Source of the DNA: Sandaracinaceae bacterium
GTDB lineage: Bacteria > Myxococcota_A > Polyangia > Polyangiales > JADJQN01
Direction: 5' to 3'
Assembly (NCBI GenBank): GCA_947483975.1
Contig: CANKOL010000008.1
Location: forward strand, 1-35,749
DNA: 35,749 nucleotides
A model generated the notes under the pieces. It saw only the letters and a program-made list of their open reading frames with translations, did not search any database and was not told the origin of the DNA. A program made the position numbers and the translations under genes. This document shows positions 8,506 through 17,811 of this stretch, in pieces (within the stretch, counting starts at the first letter, position 1; each line of letters opens with the position of its first letter).

Positions 8506-11073
8506 TTGTCTACTCGCATCACCACCCTGCTCCTGCTCGCTGCCCTGGCGCTCGCCGGTGCGCCGCGCGCGCTGGTTTTTGCTCAGGATGCGGGCGTTCG
8601 CGGGGCGAGCGCAGACGCGGGCACGCCCATCGCGGGCGACGAGGATGAGGCCGAGCCTGAGGGCGAGGAGTACGTCGAGGGCGAGCCGCAGGTCGCGGTG
8701 CCTCAGACGATCTGCCAAGGCCGCATGATCGGCCGGATTCGCGTCGAGGGTGCGGAGCGCGTCGCCGCAGAGGACGTGCTCGGCTCGATGCGGCTGCGAC
8801 GCGGTCTGCCGTGCACGGACGCGGAGGTCACGCGCGACGCTCGCGCAGTCTGGGATCTGGGCTACTTCGATGATCTCGCCGTCGAGGCCGAGCTTTCCGG
8901 CACGACGCTCGACCTCGTCATGCGCGTGCACGAGCGCCCGGCGATCGGGCGCATCCGCTACGTCGGCAACGACGCCATCGCCGACTCGGACCTCGACGAG
9001 AAGGTGACGCTGCGCGAGGGCGCGATCCTCTCCGTCCCCGACGTGCGCGAGAACGTCACCAAGATCCGCGACCTCTACGCCGAGAAGGGCTACTTCCTCG
9101 CCCGCGTCGAGTTCCGGATGCGCGTGCTCCCGTCGAACGAGGTCGAGGTCATCTTCGACATCCACGAGGGCGCGCAGGTCACCGTCCGCAACATCCGCTT
9201 CGTCGGCAACAGCACGATCAGCGACGCCGAGATCTCGGCCGTGATGCAGACGAGCGAGACGGGCTTCTTCTCGTTCATGTCGTCGTCGAACACCTTCCGT
9301 AAGGAGTTCTTCGAGGAGGACGTGAACCGCCTCCAGGCGCTCTACTACGATCGCGGCTTTCTCTCGGTGCAGGTCGGCACGCCGCGCATCGAGCTGACGC
9401 CGGATCGGCAGCACATCGACATCACCGTACCCATCGACGAGGGGCCGCGCTTCCACGTCGGGCGCGTCCGCATCGTCGAGGTCGACGTCGACAACGGCGA
9501 GGTCGAGCCGCTCGGTGGGCGCCGGCATCTGCGCGAGCAGATCAGCGTGCAGCCCGGCGATTGGTTCAGCCGCACGACGATCGCCCACGACCTGCTGGCC
9601 GTCACCCGCACCTACCGCGACCAAGGCTACGCGAAGGTCGAGATCCAGCCGCAGACCGACCTCGACATGGCCCGCCGCACGGTCGGCGTCGTCATCCAGA
9701 TCCAGCGCGGACCGCGCGTGCGAGTCGAGCGCATCGAGATCCACGGCAACGCCAAGACGCGTGACCTCGTCATCCGCCGCGAGATCGTGATCATCGAGGG
9801 CGACCTCTACAATCAGACGCTGGTCGAGGAGTCCAAGGCGCGCATCCAGGCGCTCGGCTTCTTCGAGTCGGTCGAGGTCAGCGAGGAGGAGGGCTCCGCG
9901 CCCAACTCCCTCGTCCTCAACTTCGAGGTCGCAGAGAAGGCCACCGGCACATTCCAGGTCGGCGCCGGCTTCTCGTCGATCGAGTCGTTCATCTTCACGG
10001 CGCAGGTCCAGCAGAACAACCTGTTCGGGCTCGGCCAGTCGCTGACCCTGCAGCTTCAGCTCTCGGGCATTCGGCAGCTGATCCAGGTGCGCGTCGTCGA
10101 GCCGTATCTCTGGGGCACGGAGTGGAGCGCGGCCGTCGAGGCCTTCCGCACGACGCGCCAGTACGACAGCTTCAACCGCGACTCGACCGGCGGCTCGCTC
10201 ACGCTCGGGCACACCGTCTTCACGGACTATCTGCGGCTGTTCGCGCAGTACACCGCTGAGTACGTCGCCATCAGCGAGCGCACCGGCGGCGGGCTCGGCA
10301 CCGCGAGCACACAGAGCGTCAGCGCGGGGCTGCGACTGCCGATCGCCAACCTGTTCCGCTCGGGGCTGACGAGCTCGCTGCGCCTCTCGCTCTCGTGGGA
10401 CTCGCGGGACAATCGCCTCTTCCCGACGCGCGGCATCTACGCCTCGCTCTCGAGCGAGCTCGCCGACTCGGTGCTCGGCTCGCAGAACACCTTCCTGCGG
10501 CACCGGCTCTTCTTCCGCTGGTACTACCCGCTGTTTGGCGGCGTCGTGCTGAAGATGAACACCGAGGCGGGCCTGATCACGTCGCGCGAGCCCGCGGGAG
10601 TGCCCGTCTTCGAGCGCTTCTTCCTCGGCGGGATCACCGACGTCCGCGGCTTCCCGCTGCGCTCGCTCGGCCCGCGCACCGGGCTGCCGCTCTCGATCGA
10701 TCCGAACGCCGCGGGCACGACCTACGGCGAGCCCTTCGGCGGCAACCTCCAGTTCTTCTACAACCTCGAGGTCGAGTTCCCGATCCTCGAGTCGGTCGGC
10801 GTCCGCGGCGTGCTCTTCACCGACGCCGGAAACGCATGGAACCTCGAGAAGAACCTCTGCCAGGCGCCGGCGGCTACCTACGTCGACTCGGCCGCCGACC
10901 CTTGCGGCTTCGACCCGCTCGGGCTCCGCTTCAGCGCCGGCTTCGGCGTGCGCTGGTTCTCTCCGCTCGGTCCGCTCCGCTTCGAGTGGGGTATGCCCTT
11001 CTCACCGCGCGTGCCGTACGAGGCAGGCTCCTTCCCGGGTCGCTTCGAGTTCACGATCGGCAACTTCTTCTGA
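8506..11073 (+). CDS. bamA: Outer membrane protein assembly factor BamA
   Basis: TTG start, signal peptide, repeated POTRA-like units, barrel start EKATGTFQVGAGFS, VRGF motif, WFSPLGPLRF, terminal FTIGNFF. Confidence 0.96.
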   Translation: MSTRITTLLLLAALALAGAPRALVFAQDAGVRGASADAGTPIAGDEDEAEPEGEEYVEGEPQVAVPQTICQGRMIGRIRVEGAERVAAEDVLGSMRLRRGLPCTDAEVTRDARAVWDLGYFDDLAVEAELSGTTLDLVMRVHERPAIGRIRYVGNDAIADSDLDEKVTLREGAILSVPDVRENVTKIRDLYAEKGYFLARVEFRMRVLPSNEVEVIFDIHEGAQVTVRNIRFVGNSTISDAEISAVMQTSETGFFSFMSSSNTFRKEFFEEDVNRLQALYYDRGFLSVQVGTPRIELTPDRQHIDITVPIDEGPRFHVGRVRIVEVDVDNGEVEPLGGRRHLREQISVQPGDWFSRTTIAHDLLAVTRTYRDQGYAKVEIQPQTDLDMARRTVGVVIQIQRGPRVRVERIEIHGNAKTRDLVIRREIVIIEGDLYNQTLVEESKARIQALGFFESVEVSEEEGSAPNSLVLNFEVAEKATGTFQVGAGFSSIESFIFTAQVQQNNLFGLGQSLTLQLQLSGIRQLIQVRVVEPYLWGTEWSAAVEAFRTTRQYDSFNRDSTGGSLTLGHTVFTDYLRLFAQYTAEYVAISERTGGGLGTASTQSVSAGLRLPIANLFRSGLTSSLRLSLSWDSRDNRLFPTRGIYASLSSELADSVLGSQNTFLRHRLFFRWYYPLFGGVVLKMNTEAGLITSREPAGVPVFERFFLGGITDVRGFPLRSLGPRTGLPLSIDPNAAGTTYGEPFGGNLQFFYNLEVEFPILESVGVRGVLFTDAGNAWNLEKNLCQAPAATYVDSAADPCGFDPLGLRFSAGFGVRWFSPLGPLRFEWGMPFSPRVPYEAGSFPGRFEFTIGNFF

Positions 11074-11227
11074 CGCGCGCCCATGAATCGTCGCGCAAGC
11101 TCGCCCGTCTCCTTCGTGCCTTCCGCTCCTCGGTCCCTAGCCACGCTTGACGCCCCAGCGTCCCGCGTGTAGCAACGCTCGGCCCGGTGCTTCGCAGCCG
11201 GGTCGTCTCCGAAAGGTCTGCGCCTCG

Positions 11228-11851
11228 ATGAAGATCACCCGTCACGCGTTCACGCTCGTCGCTGCCCTCCTGCTCGCGACCATGGCGCCCAAGCTGCACG
11301 CCCAGGTGCGCGTCGCCGTGGTCGACCTCCAGCGCGCGCTCAACGAGACCGAGGACGGCCGGCGCGCGAAGACGCAGCTGAAGCGCCTGTTCAAGTCGCG
11401 CCAGCAGGCGCTCGACGACAAGCAGAACCAGCTGAAGAAGATGAAGGAGGACATCGAGAAGCAGAAGAACGTGCTCTCGCAGCCCGCCCTTCAGAAGAAG
11501 CTCGAGGAGTACCAGCAGGCGTTCGTCGAGCTGCAGACCGTGTACGTCGACTACCAGCGCGAGCTCGCCTCGAAGGAAGCGGAGCTGACGAAGGTGATCA
11601 TCGAGCGCATGGAGAACATCCTGCGTCGCCTCGGTCAGGCCGAGGGCTACACGCTGATCCTCGAGCGCGGCGAGGCCGGCGTGATGTGGGTCCCGAGCAA
11701 CCTCGACGTCACCGACGCGGTCATCCAGCACTACAACGCTGGCGAGGGTCGCGACGGCGAAGCAGCGGCAGCCCCGGCCGCCGGTGGTGGCGGTGGTGCG
11801 GCTCGGCCTCCCGCGGGCGGCACCAAGCGCCCGCCGACCAAGCGTCGCTGA
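11228..11851 (+). CDS. skp: Skp/OmpH periplasmic chaperone
   Basis: ATG 11228; signal ending AQ; 'VAVVDLQRAL', long coiled-coil, 'GYTLIL...DVTDAVI'; position after bamA. A TTGACG-N17-TAGCAA promoter-like element lies at 11147-11175. Confidence 0.9.
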   Translation: MKITRHAFTLVAALLLATMAPKLHAQVRVAVVDLQRALNETEDGRRAKTQLKRLFKSRQQALDDKQNQLKKMKEDIEKQKNVLSQPALQKKLEEYQQAFVELQTVYVDYQRELASKEAELTKVIIERMENILRRLGQAEGYTLILERGEAGVMWVPSNLDVTDAVIQHYNAGEGRDGEAAAAPAAGGGGGAARPPAGGTKRPPTKRR

Positions 11852-11857
11852 GGCCGC

Positions 11858-12304
11858 TTGGACCTCGACATCGCGCGGATCCTCCGGATCCTCCCGCACC
11901 GGGCTCCCTTCGTGCTGATCGACCGCGTGACGGAGCTCGTCCCGCGGCAGCGCGCGAAGGCGCTCAAGTGCGTCACCTACAACGAGCCGTTCTTCCCCGG
12001 TCATTTCCCGGGGCAGCCGGTGTTCCCGGGGATGTTGATCATCGAGGCGATGTCCCAGCTGATGGGCGTACTCGTCTACGCGTCGGAGCCCTTCGACAGC
12101 ACGCAGAAGCTGATGCACGTCGTCGGCGTCGAGCGCGCGAAGTTCCGCAAGGCCGTCATCCCCGGCGATCGCATGGAGATCGAGATCGAGGTATCGAGGC
12201 GCCGCTCCAACATCTGGAAGTGCGCCGGCCGCGCGACGGTGGACGGCGTGCTGGTCGCGGAGGCGGACCTCCTCGCGGCGATCACGGACCGAGACGCGAC
12301 GTGA
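11858..12304 (+). CDS. fabZ: 3-hydroxyacyl-ACP dehydratase
   Basis: LPHR.PF.LIDRV, NEPFF.GHFP..PV.PG.LIIEAM.Q (catalytic His/Glu), KFRK.V.PGD. Confidence 0.93.
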   Translation: MDLDIARILRILPHRAPFVLIDRVTELVPRQRAKALKCVTYNEPFFPGHFPGQPVFPGMLIIEAMSQLMGVLVYASEPFDSTQKLMHVVGVERAKFRKAVIPGDRMEIEIEVSRRRSNIWKCAGRATVDGVLVAEADLLAAITDRDAT

Positions 12305-12507
12305 CGGACCCGCGCACCCACGCGCGGTATCTGACCTACCGCGAGACGCACCAGTACTTCCGACGCCCCGATCGGCCCATGCTCGATTGGGAGGCGTGGC
12401 AGGCGCTCGACGCGGAGCTCGTCACGCTCGCGCCGCTGCAAAAGACGGGCACCCCCGAGGAGCGCGCGCGGCTGAAGCTCGTTCGCGCGCTGCTGCTGAA
12501 GGACTGA
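12301..12507 (+). CDS. Small hypothetical protein (68 aa)
   Basis: GTG 12301 overlaps the fabZ stop (GTGA, translational coupling); MTDPRTHARYLTYRETHQYF...LLLKD has normal codon usage and fills the gap to the next gene. Confidence 0.65.
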   Translation: MTDPRTHARYLTYRETHQYFRRPDRPMLDWEAWQALDAELVTLAPLQKTGTPEERARLKLVRALLLKD

Positions 12508-12527
12508 CCTTGCGCTACAACCGCGCG

Positions 12528-13952
12528 GTGCGCCGCCACCTCGCCGCCCTGGTCACCGCCTCGGTCCTCGCGTCGACGGCTACGGTCGCGCTCGCGGACG
12601 ATCCACCTATCCCGGCCGCGGCGCCGGCGGCGGCGCATCGCCCCGTGCGCGACCTCGCCGCGCTGGTCGCGCGCGCTGAGGAGCGCTGGCCAGGCGTGTC
12701 CGCCGCGCAGCACAAGATCGCCGGCGCCGAGGCGCGGCTGCAGGAGGCGTGGGTCTCGCCGTTCTTTCAGCTGAACGCGACGGGCACCTTCGCGATGGCG
12801 CCCGGCGCGAACGGCACGCCGACGTTCTCGCCCGACTCGCAGCTGCCACTCGACAACCCGTGGGGCCCGTCCCTCGGGATTCGCGTCGAGGGCACGGTCC
12901 CGCTCTACACCTTCGGCAAGCTCGGCGCTGCGCGGGACGCGGCGCGCGCCGGGATTCGCGCCGCAGAAGCCGAGAGCGACAAGGCGCACGCGCAGGTGCG
13001 CCTCGACGTTCGCCGCGCCTACTTCGCGCTGGGGCTGGCGCTCGACGCGCAGCAGATGATGGGCGAGGGGCGCAGCAAGATTGACCGCGCCGTGCGGCGC
13101 CTCGACGAGCGGATCGCCGCCGACGACCCGGACGTCAACGAGATGGACCGCTGGCGCCTCGCGTCGACGCTCGCTGAGATCGAGGCGCGCGCCTCGGAGG
13201 CCGAGCGGCTCGGCAACGTGTCGCGCGACGCGCTCGAGATCATCACGGGTGAGACCGGCTTCGACGTGCCGGATTGCCCGATGACCGCCGTGGAGCTGCC
13301 GCTGCGGCCGCTCGCTTGGTATCAGCAAGCGGCGCGGCTCAGCCGACCGGAGCTCGGGATGCTCCGCGCCGGCGTCAGCGCCCGCGACGCAGCCGCCGAC
13401 GCCGCGCGCGCGCAGTACTTCCCCGATCTCGCGCTCGCGCTGACGGCCGGCTACACGTGGACGCCGGGCATCACGAACCAGAGCAACCCGTTCATCCCGG
13501 ACCCGGCGAACGCGCCGTCGCTCGGCGCAGGGCTGGTCGCCCGCTGGTCGCTCGACCTCTACGGCGCCAACCGGCGCAGCGCGCGCGCCGACGAGGAGCT
13601 CCTCGAGGTGCGCGATCGCCTCGACGAGGCCGACGCCGGGCTCGATCTCGAGGTCGCGACCGTGTTCGAGGAGCTAGGCGACGCGCGCCGACGCGAGCAA
13701 GCCTGGGGCCGTGGACATCGCGAGACGCGCGCCTGGTTCGTCGCCGCGGCGCAGGCGTATCAGGTCGGCACCGTCGAGCCGCGCGACCTCGTCGACGCCG
13801 TCCGCGCCTACTTCAGCGCCCGCTTCAGCCACGTGCAGGCGATCCAGGACGTCAACGTCGCGACCGCGAAGCTCGAGCGCGCGACGGGCACGGAGGTGCT
13901 CGCGGCCGACGCCTGGGAGCGCCGCTGCGACGCCGCGGCCGACGCGCCCTGA
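12528..13952 (+). CDS. TolC/outer membrane efflux protein family
   Basis: Likely GTG start at 12528 with signal peptide (ALA-DD); two OEP-like halves (VPLYTFGKL; AARAQYFPDLAL; AYQVG...DLVDA...LERATG). Confidence 0.85.
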   Translation: MRRHLAALVTASVLASTATVALADDPPIPAAAPAAAHRPVRDLAALVARAEERWPGVSAAQHKIAGAEARLQEAWVSPFFQLNATGTFAMAPGANGTPTFSPDSQLPLDNPWGPSLGIRVEGTVPLYTFGKLGAARDAARAGIRAAEAESDKAHAQVRLDVRRAYFALGLALDAQQMMGEGRSKIDRAVRRLDERIAADDPDVNEMDRWRLASTLAEIEARASEAERLGNVSRDALEIITGETGFDVPDCPMTAVELPLRPLAWYQQAARLSRPELGMLRAGVSARDAAADAARAQYFPDLALALTAGYTWTPGITNQSNPFIPDPANAPSLGAGLVARWSLDLYGANRRSARADEELLEVRDRLDEADAGLDLEVATVFEELGDARRREQAWGRGHRETRAWFVAAAQAYQVGTVEPRDLVDAVRAYFSARFSHVQAIQDVNVATAKLERATGTEVLAADAWERRCDAAADAP

Positions 13953-14013
13953 GCGCCATTGAATGACCGCAGCGATGCGGACGTCCGAACTGACGATGCG
14001 ACAGGAACTCCAG

Positions 14014-14640
14014 ATGTCCCGCCTCCTCTCCATGGTGCTCTCGCTCGTCCTCGCCCTGGCCGCGCTCGCCGGCAGCGCTGCGCACGCCCAGGACGCGAGC
14101 GCCGCCCAAGCCTACCTGCGCAGCCAACACACCCAGGTGCAGCAGCTGATGCGGCACCCCGTGCGCGGCACGGCGGCGGTGGAGGCGCGCAAGACGCAGC
14201 TCACGCACGCGCTCAGCGAGCTGCTCGACTACACGGAGCTCGCGCATCGGGCGCTCGGCGAGCACGAGGCGCAGGCGACGCCGGCTCAGCGCGCCGCCTT
14301 CGAGGCGCTGCTGCGGCAGCTCGTGGAGCGTAGCTACCAGAAGAGCCTCGAGAGCACGGTCGACTACGAGGTCCGCTACGTCAGCGCGGACGCCGGTGCG
14401 ACGGGGGTCACGGTCCGCACCGTGGCGCGGTCGCGCTCGAACGGCCGTGAGCCCGAGGTCAGCATCGACTACTCGCTGCACCAGGTCGCTGGCGCTTGGC
14501 GGGTCTTCGACGTCGCGACCGACGGCGTCAGCCTGGTGCGCAACTACCGCTCGCAGTTCCACCGGATCGTCGTCCGCAACGGGATCGACGCCCTCCTCGC
14601 CAAGATGCGCGAACGCCTGGCGAACGAGGGCGATCTGTGA
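14014..14640 (+). CDS. MlaC/Ttg2D-family phospholipid-binding periplasmic protein
   Basis: ATG 14014 preceded by AGGA (alternative starts from 13963); signal AHA-Q; 'LDY.ELA.RALG' and 'WRVFDVATDGVSLVRNYRSQF...GID.LL..M' MlaC signature. Confidence 0.88.
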   Translation: MSRLLSMVLSLVLALAALAGSAAHAQDASAAQAYLRSQHTQVQQLMRHPVRGTAAVEARKTQLTHALSELLDYTELAHRALGEHEAQATPAQRAAFEALLRQLVERSYQKSLESTVDYEVRYVSADAGATGVTVRTVARSRSNGREPEVSIDYSLHQVAGAWRVFDVATDGVSLVRNYRSQFHRIVVRNGIDALLAKMRERLANEGDL

Positions 14641-14655
14641 GCGCCTAGCGCGCCC

Positions 14656-14672
14656 GGGGTCGGCTCGACCCC
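14656..14672. terminator. GC hairpin between the converging mlaC and Crp/Fnr genes
   Basis: GGGGTCG-GCT-CGACCCC; no U-tract, so terminator function is uncertain. Confidence 0.35.
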
Positions 14673-14697
14673 AGGCTCGACCGGGCCCGAGCGACGG

Positions 14698-15453
14698 CTA
14701 CACCACGAGGGCCTTGAGGCCCTCGGAGTCGACCAGCACGATGCGACGGTGGTCGAAGATGACGAGCTTGCGCCGCTTGAGGTCGCCGAGCGTCAGGGTC
14801 ACGGTCTCCCGCGTGGAGCCGACGTAGCTGGCGATCTCCATGTGGGTGAACTTCACGCCGATCAGCGTGCCCCGCGACTCGGGGATGCCGTAGTTCTCGG
14901 CCGCCTCGAGCAGGAACTCGACGACCCGCGACTCGACGGTGCGTGAGAGCAGCGCCTCGACCCGCGCTTCGGCGGCGCGCCGACGCGCGCTCACGATGAC
15001 GAGCACGCGGTGGCCGAAGCCGGCGTGCGTCTCGAGGAGCTTCGCCACGAGGCGATACGGCACCTTGACCGCCTCGAGCTGCTCGTGGGCGAGCGCGGTG
15101 TCGTGATGGCTTCCGCCGTTCCCGAGGCCCGTCTCTCCGACGAGCTCCCCGGGCCCCCGATAGGCGAGCGTCAGAGCGCGCTCTTCCGGGCCGTTGCGCA
15201 CGATCCGCGCGCGACCAGCGGCCACGACGTAGACGGACTGCGCCTGATCGGCCGCGTCGTAGAGCACGCGGCGTCTCGGGAAGCGCACGAGCACGCTCTT
15301 GCGCACCACGTCCGCGAGTACGTCGCCCGGGAGCGACGCGAAGGCAGCGTTCCGCCCGAGGACCTGGCGCTTGCGCCCCTCTTGCTCGGTGCTGGCCCGT
15401 GCCGCGACGCTTTCCATCCCTGCGACTGATTTAGAAGTGAGCTGACTTTCCAC
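14698..15453 (-). CDS. Crp/Fnr family transcriptional regulator
   Basis: GTG start 5 nt after GGGGAGG; cNMP-binding fold (VYVVAAGRARI, GPGELVGE) and HTH 'THMEIASYVGSTRETVTLTL' with a CRP-like RET recognition helix. Confidence 0.92.
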   Translation of the reverse strand: MESQLTSKSVAGMESVAARASTEQEGRKRQVLGRNAAFASLPGDVLADVVRKSVLVRFPRRRVLYDAADQAQSVYVVAAGRARIVRNGPEERALTLAYRGPGELVGETGLGNGGSHHDTALAHEQLEAVKVPYRLVAKLLETHAGFGHRVLVIVSARRRAAEARVEALLSRTVESRVVEFLLEAAENYGIPESRGTLIGVKFTHMEIASYVGSTRETVTLTLGDLKRRKLVIFDHRRIVLVDSEGLKALVV

Positions 15454-15575
15454 TCAAACCTCCCCGCCTGTTTACAGCAATAATCGAGGATTGCACGCTC
15501 ATCAAACAGCGGCAAGCCTATTTTGTGACCCACCATCCCGCCGAGACAGCGCCGCCGCGCCGTCGCTCACAGTCG

Positions 15576-15605
15576 TTGACGCCGCCCCTCTCCGCCGAAT
15601 AGAGT
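15576..15605 (+). promoter_or_regulatory. Putative sigma70 promoter of DUF507-yicC-gmk
   Basis: TTGACG (15576-15581), 18-nt spacer, TAGAGT (15600-15605), in the A/T-richer divergent intergenic region. Confidence 0.55.
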
Positions 15606-15632
15606 GCGCCACCGCGCGGAGAGCGGGCCCTC

Positions 15633-16145
15633 ATGCGCCTCTACATCGGCAAGGTTCAAGCGATCTCGGACGAGGTCATCAAGTCGCTCATGACCGACGG
15701 TGATCTCGAGGTGGACAGCGCCGAGGAGGCGCGCCTCGATATCGAGTCGGTCCTCAAGGAGTACGTCCGGCGCGACCGCGAGGTCGGCGAAGAGGCCAAG
15801 AACCGCATGGAGTCACGCGGCCTCGGCTACTCACAGCTCGGCAAGGTCAAGGCGCAGGTCGCCAAGGAGAAGGGCATTCAGACGGGCGAGGACACCCTCC
15901 CCTACCTCATCGAGCAGATCCTCGAGATGCTCTTCCACTCGCAGCACGTCATCGAGATCTTCGCGGACGACACCGACCTGCGGAAGAAGATGGCGCCCAT
16001 CCTGCGCAAGCACATGGACGTCGACGACCAGCTCGACGTCGAGGTGCGCGGGCGCATCAAGAACCTCGAGGAGGGTACCGCCGCCTTCGACATCGAGTAC
16101 GCGAAGGTGATGGAGCAGATGCGGCGCAAGAAGGGCCTCACCTGA
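15633..16145 (+). CDS. DUF507 family protein
   Basis: MRLY..KV..IS.E...L start and 'EEG...FDIEY.K.ME...RKKGL' end typical of DUF507. Confidence 0.75.
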   Translation: MRLYIGKVQAISDEVIKSLMTDGDLEVDSAEEARLDIESVLKEYVRRDREVGEEAKNRMESRGLGYSQLGKVKAQVAKEKGIQTGEDTLPYLIEQILEMLFHSQHVIEIFADDTDLRKKMAPILRKHMDVDDQLDVEVRGRIKNLEEGTAAFDIEYAKVMEQMRRKKGLT

Positions 16146-16206
16146 GGTCTGCCGCGCGCGGGCGCCTGCTGTTTTGCGGCGCGGGCGCCGAGCACACGAG
16201 GGCCGT

Positions 16207-17082
16207 ATGCGCAGCATGACGGGCTTCGGAGCGGGGCAGGCCCCGCTCGGGACGAGGCGCGTGCACGTCGAGGCGCGCGCGGTGAACCATCGCTACCTCG
16301 AGGTCCGCGTGCGGATGCCGCGGGAGCTCGTCGATCAGGCCGCGTTCGTGGAGCAGCTCGCGCGCCGCACGACGGGGCGCGGGCGCGTCGAGCTGGTCGT
16401 GCGCCTCGAGGGCGAGGGAGCGGGCGCGCCTGTGCTCGACCTGCCGAAGGCGCGGGCGGCGCTCGCGCAGCTGAGCGCGCTGCGCGACGAGGTTCGCCCG
16501 GGCGAGGCGGTGCCGCTCTCGCTGCTGTCGTGCGTGCCGGAGCTGTTCACGCCGAGCGAGCCCATCGCCGACGAGGGCGCCCGCGAGGCGCTGACCGTCG
16601 CCGTCGAGCGAGCCTGCGAGGAGCTCGGGCGGATGCGCCTTGTCGAGGGGCGCGCGCTCGCGGTCGATCTGCGGACCCGCCTCGCGGAGGCGCGCGGGCA
16701 CCTCGCGGCGGTGCGCGAGCGGCTGCCGCACGTCGTCGCGGCGTACCGAGAGCGGCTGCGTGAGCGGCTCGCGCTGCTGCTGCGGAGCGCGGAGGTCGCG
16801 GTCGATCCGGCGCGGCTCGAGCAGGAGATCGCCATCTTCGCGGACCGCGCGGACGTCGCCGAGGAGCTCACGCGGCTCGACAGCCACACCGCGCAGCTCG
16901 ACAAGCTCTTCGAGGACGACGGCGACACAGTCGGCCGGCGCCTCGACTTCTTGCTGCAAGAGATGATGCGCGAGGCGAACACCATCGGCAGCAAGAGCCC
17001 GGACGCGGCGGTCACGATCCACGTCGTCGAGCTGAAGGCGGAGCTCGAGCGGATGCGCGAGCAGGCGCAGAACGTCCTCTGA
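16207..17082 (+). CDS. yicC: YicC/YloC family endoribonuclease
   Basis: MRSMTGFG start at 16207, 'AVNHRYLE', 'DVAEELTRL.SH', 'GRRLDFLLQEM.REANTIGSK', 'ERMREQAQN'; upstream of gmk. Confidence 0.94.
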   Translation: MRSMTGFGAGQAPLGTRRVHVEARAVNHRYLEVRVRMPRELVDQAAFVEQLARRTTGRGRVELVVRLEGEGAGAPVLDLPKARAALAQLSALRDEVRPGEAVPLSLLSCVPELFTPSEPIADEGAREALTVAVERACEELGRMRLVEGRALAVDLRTRLAEARGHLAAVRERLPHVVAAYRERLRERLALLLRSAEVAVDPARLEQEIAIFADRADVAEELTRLDSHTAQLDKLFEDDGDTVGRRLDFLLQEMMREANTIGSKSPDAAVTIHVVELKAELERMREQAQNVL

Positions 17083-17097
17083 GCGCGCGCTCTGCGA

Positions 17098-17126
17098 TTG
17101 AGCCCGGGGCCCACAACCCGTAAGCT
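17098..17126 (+). promoter_or_regulatory. Putative internal promoter for gmk (leaderless-type)
   Basis: TTGAGC-N17-TAAGCT, 8 nt before ATG 17135. Confidence 0.5.
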
Positions 17127-17134
17127 CGCGCGCG

Positions 17135-17749
17135 ATGGATGAGCTGCTGCTGCTGATCGTTTGCTCGCCCTCCGGCGCCGGGAAGACGACGCTCACGCGA
17201 CGCCTGCTCGCGGAGCTACCGGAGCTCACGTTCTCCGTCTCGCACACGACGCGCGGCCCGCGCGCGAACGAGGTGCAGGGCAAGGACTACCACTTCATCC
17301 CGCGAGAGACGTTCGAGGGCATGGTCGCGCGCGGCGAGTTCGCCGAGTGGGCCGAGGTGCACGGCAACTTCTACGGCACGAGCAGCGCCGAGATCGCGCG
17401 CGCCAAGACCGAGGGCAAGCGCGGCGTCGTGTTCGACATCGACTACCAGGGCGCGCGGCAGATCCAGGCGAAGTTCAAGGAGGCGGTCGGCGTGTTCATC
17501 CTGCCGCCGTCCCTCGAGGAGCTCGAGCGCAGGCTGCGCGGGCGCGCGACGGACGCCGAGGACGTCATCCGCCGGAGGTTCGCGAAGGCGCTCGTCGAGA
17601 TCGAGCACTACCCGCTGCTCGACTACCTGATCGTCAACGACGACATCGACCGCGCGAGCGGCGAGCTGCGCAGCGTAGTGCGCGCAGAGCTTTGTCGGCG
17701 ATGGCGCATGGCGCCGCGGGCCGAGGCGCTGCTGCGCAAGAAGGGCTGA
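17135..17749 (+). CDS. gmk: Guanylate kinase
   Basis: P-loop SPSGAGKTT, SVSHTTR..R..E..GKDYHF, EWAEVHGNFYGT, DIDYQGA.Q, FILPPS.EEL..RL. Confidence 0.97.
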   Translation: MDELLLLIVCSPSGAGKTTLTRRLLAELPELTFSVSHTTRGPRANEVQGKDYHFIPRETFEGMVARGEFAEWAEVHGNFYGTSSAEIARAKTEGKRGVVFDIDYQGARQIQAKFKEAVGVFILPPSLEELERRLRGRATDAEDVIRRRFAKALVEIEHYPLLDYLIVNDDIDRASGELRSVVRAELCRRWRMAPRAEALLRKKG

Positions 17750-17811
17750 AGGGCTGGCGAGCCGCGCGGCGGCGACCGGCGCCAACCCGCGCCTGCGAGA
17801 ACGCCCGTCCG

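Noticed and set aside
14698..15453. Calling the Crp/Fnr regulator MrpC
   Set aside because: Family features are clear, but the HTH sequence and context (no mrpAB) do not support orthology.
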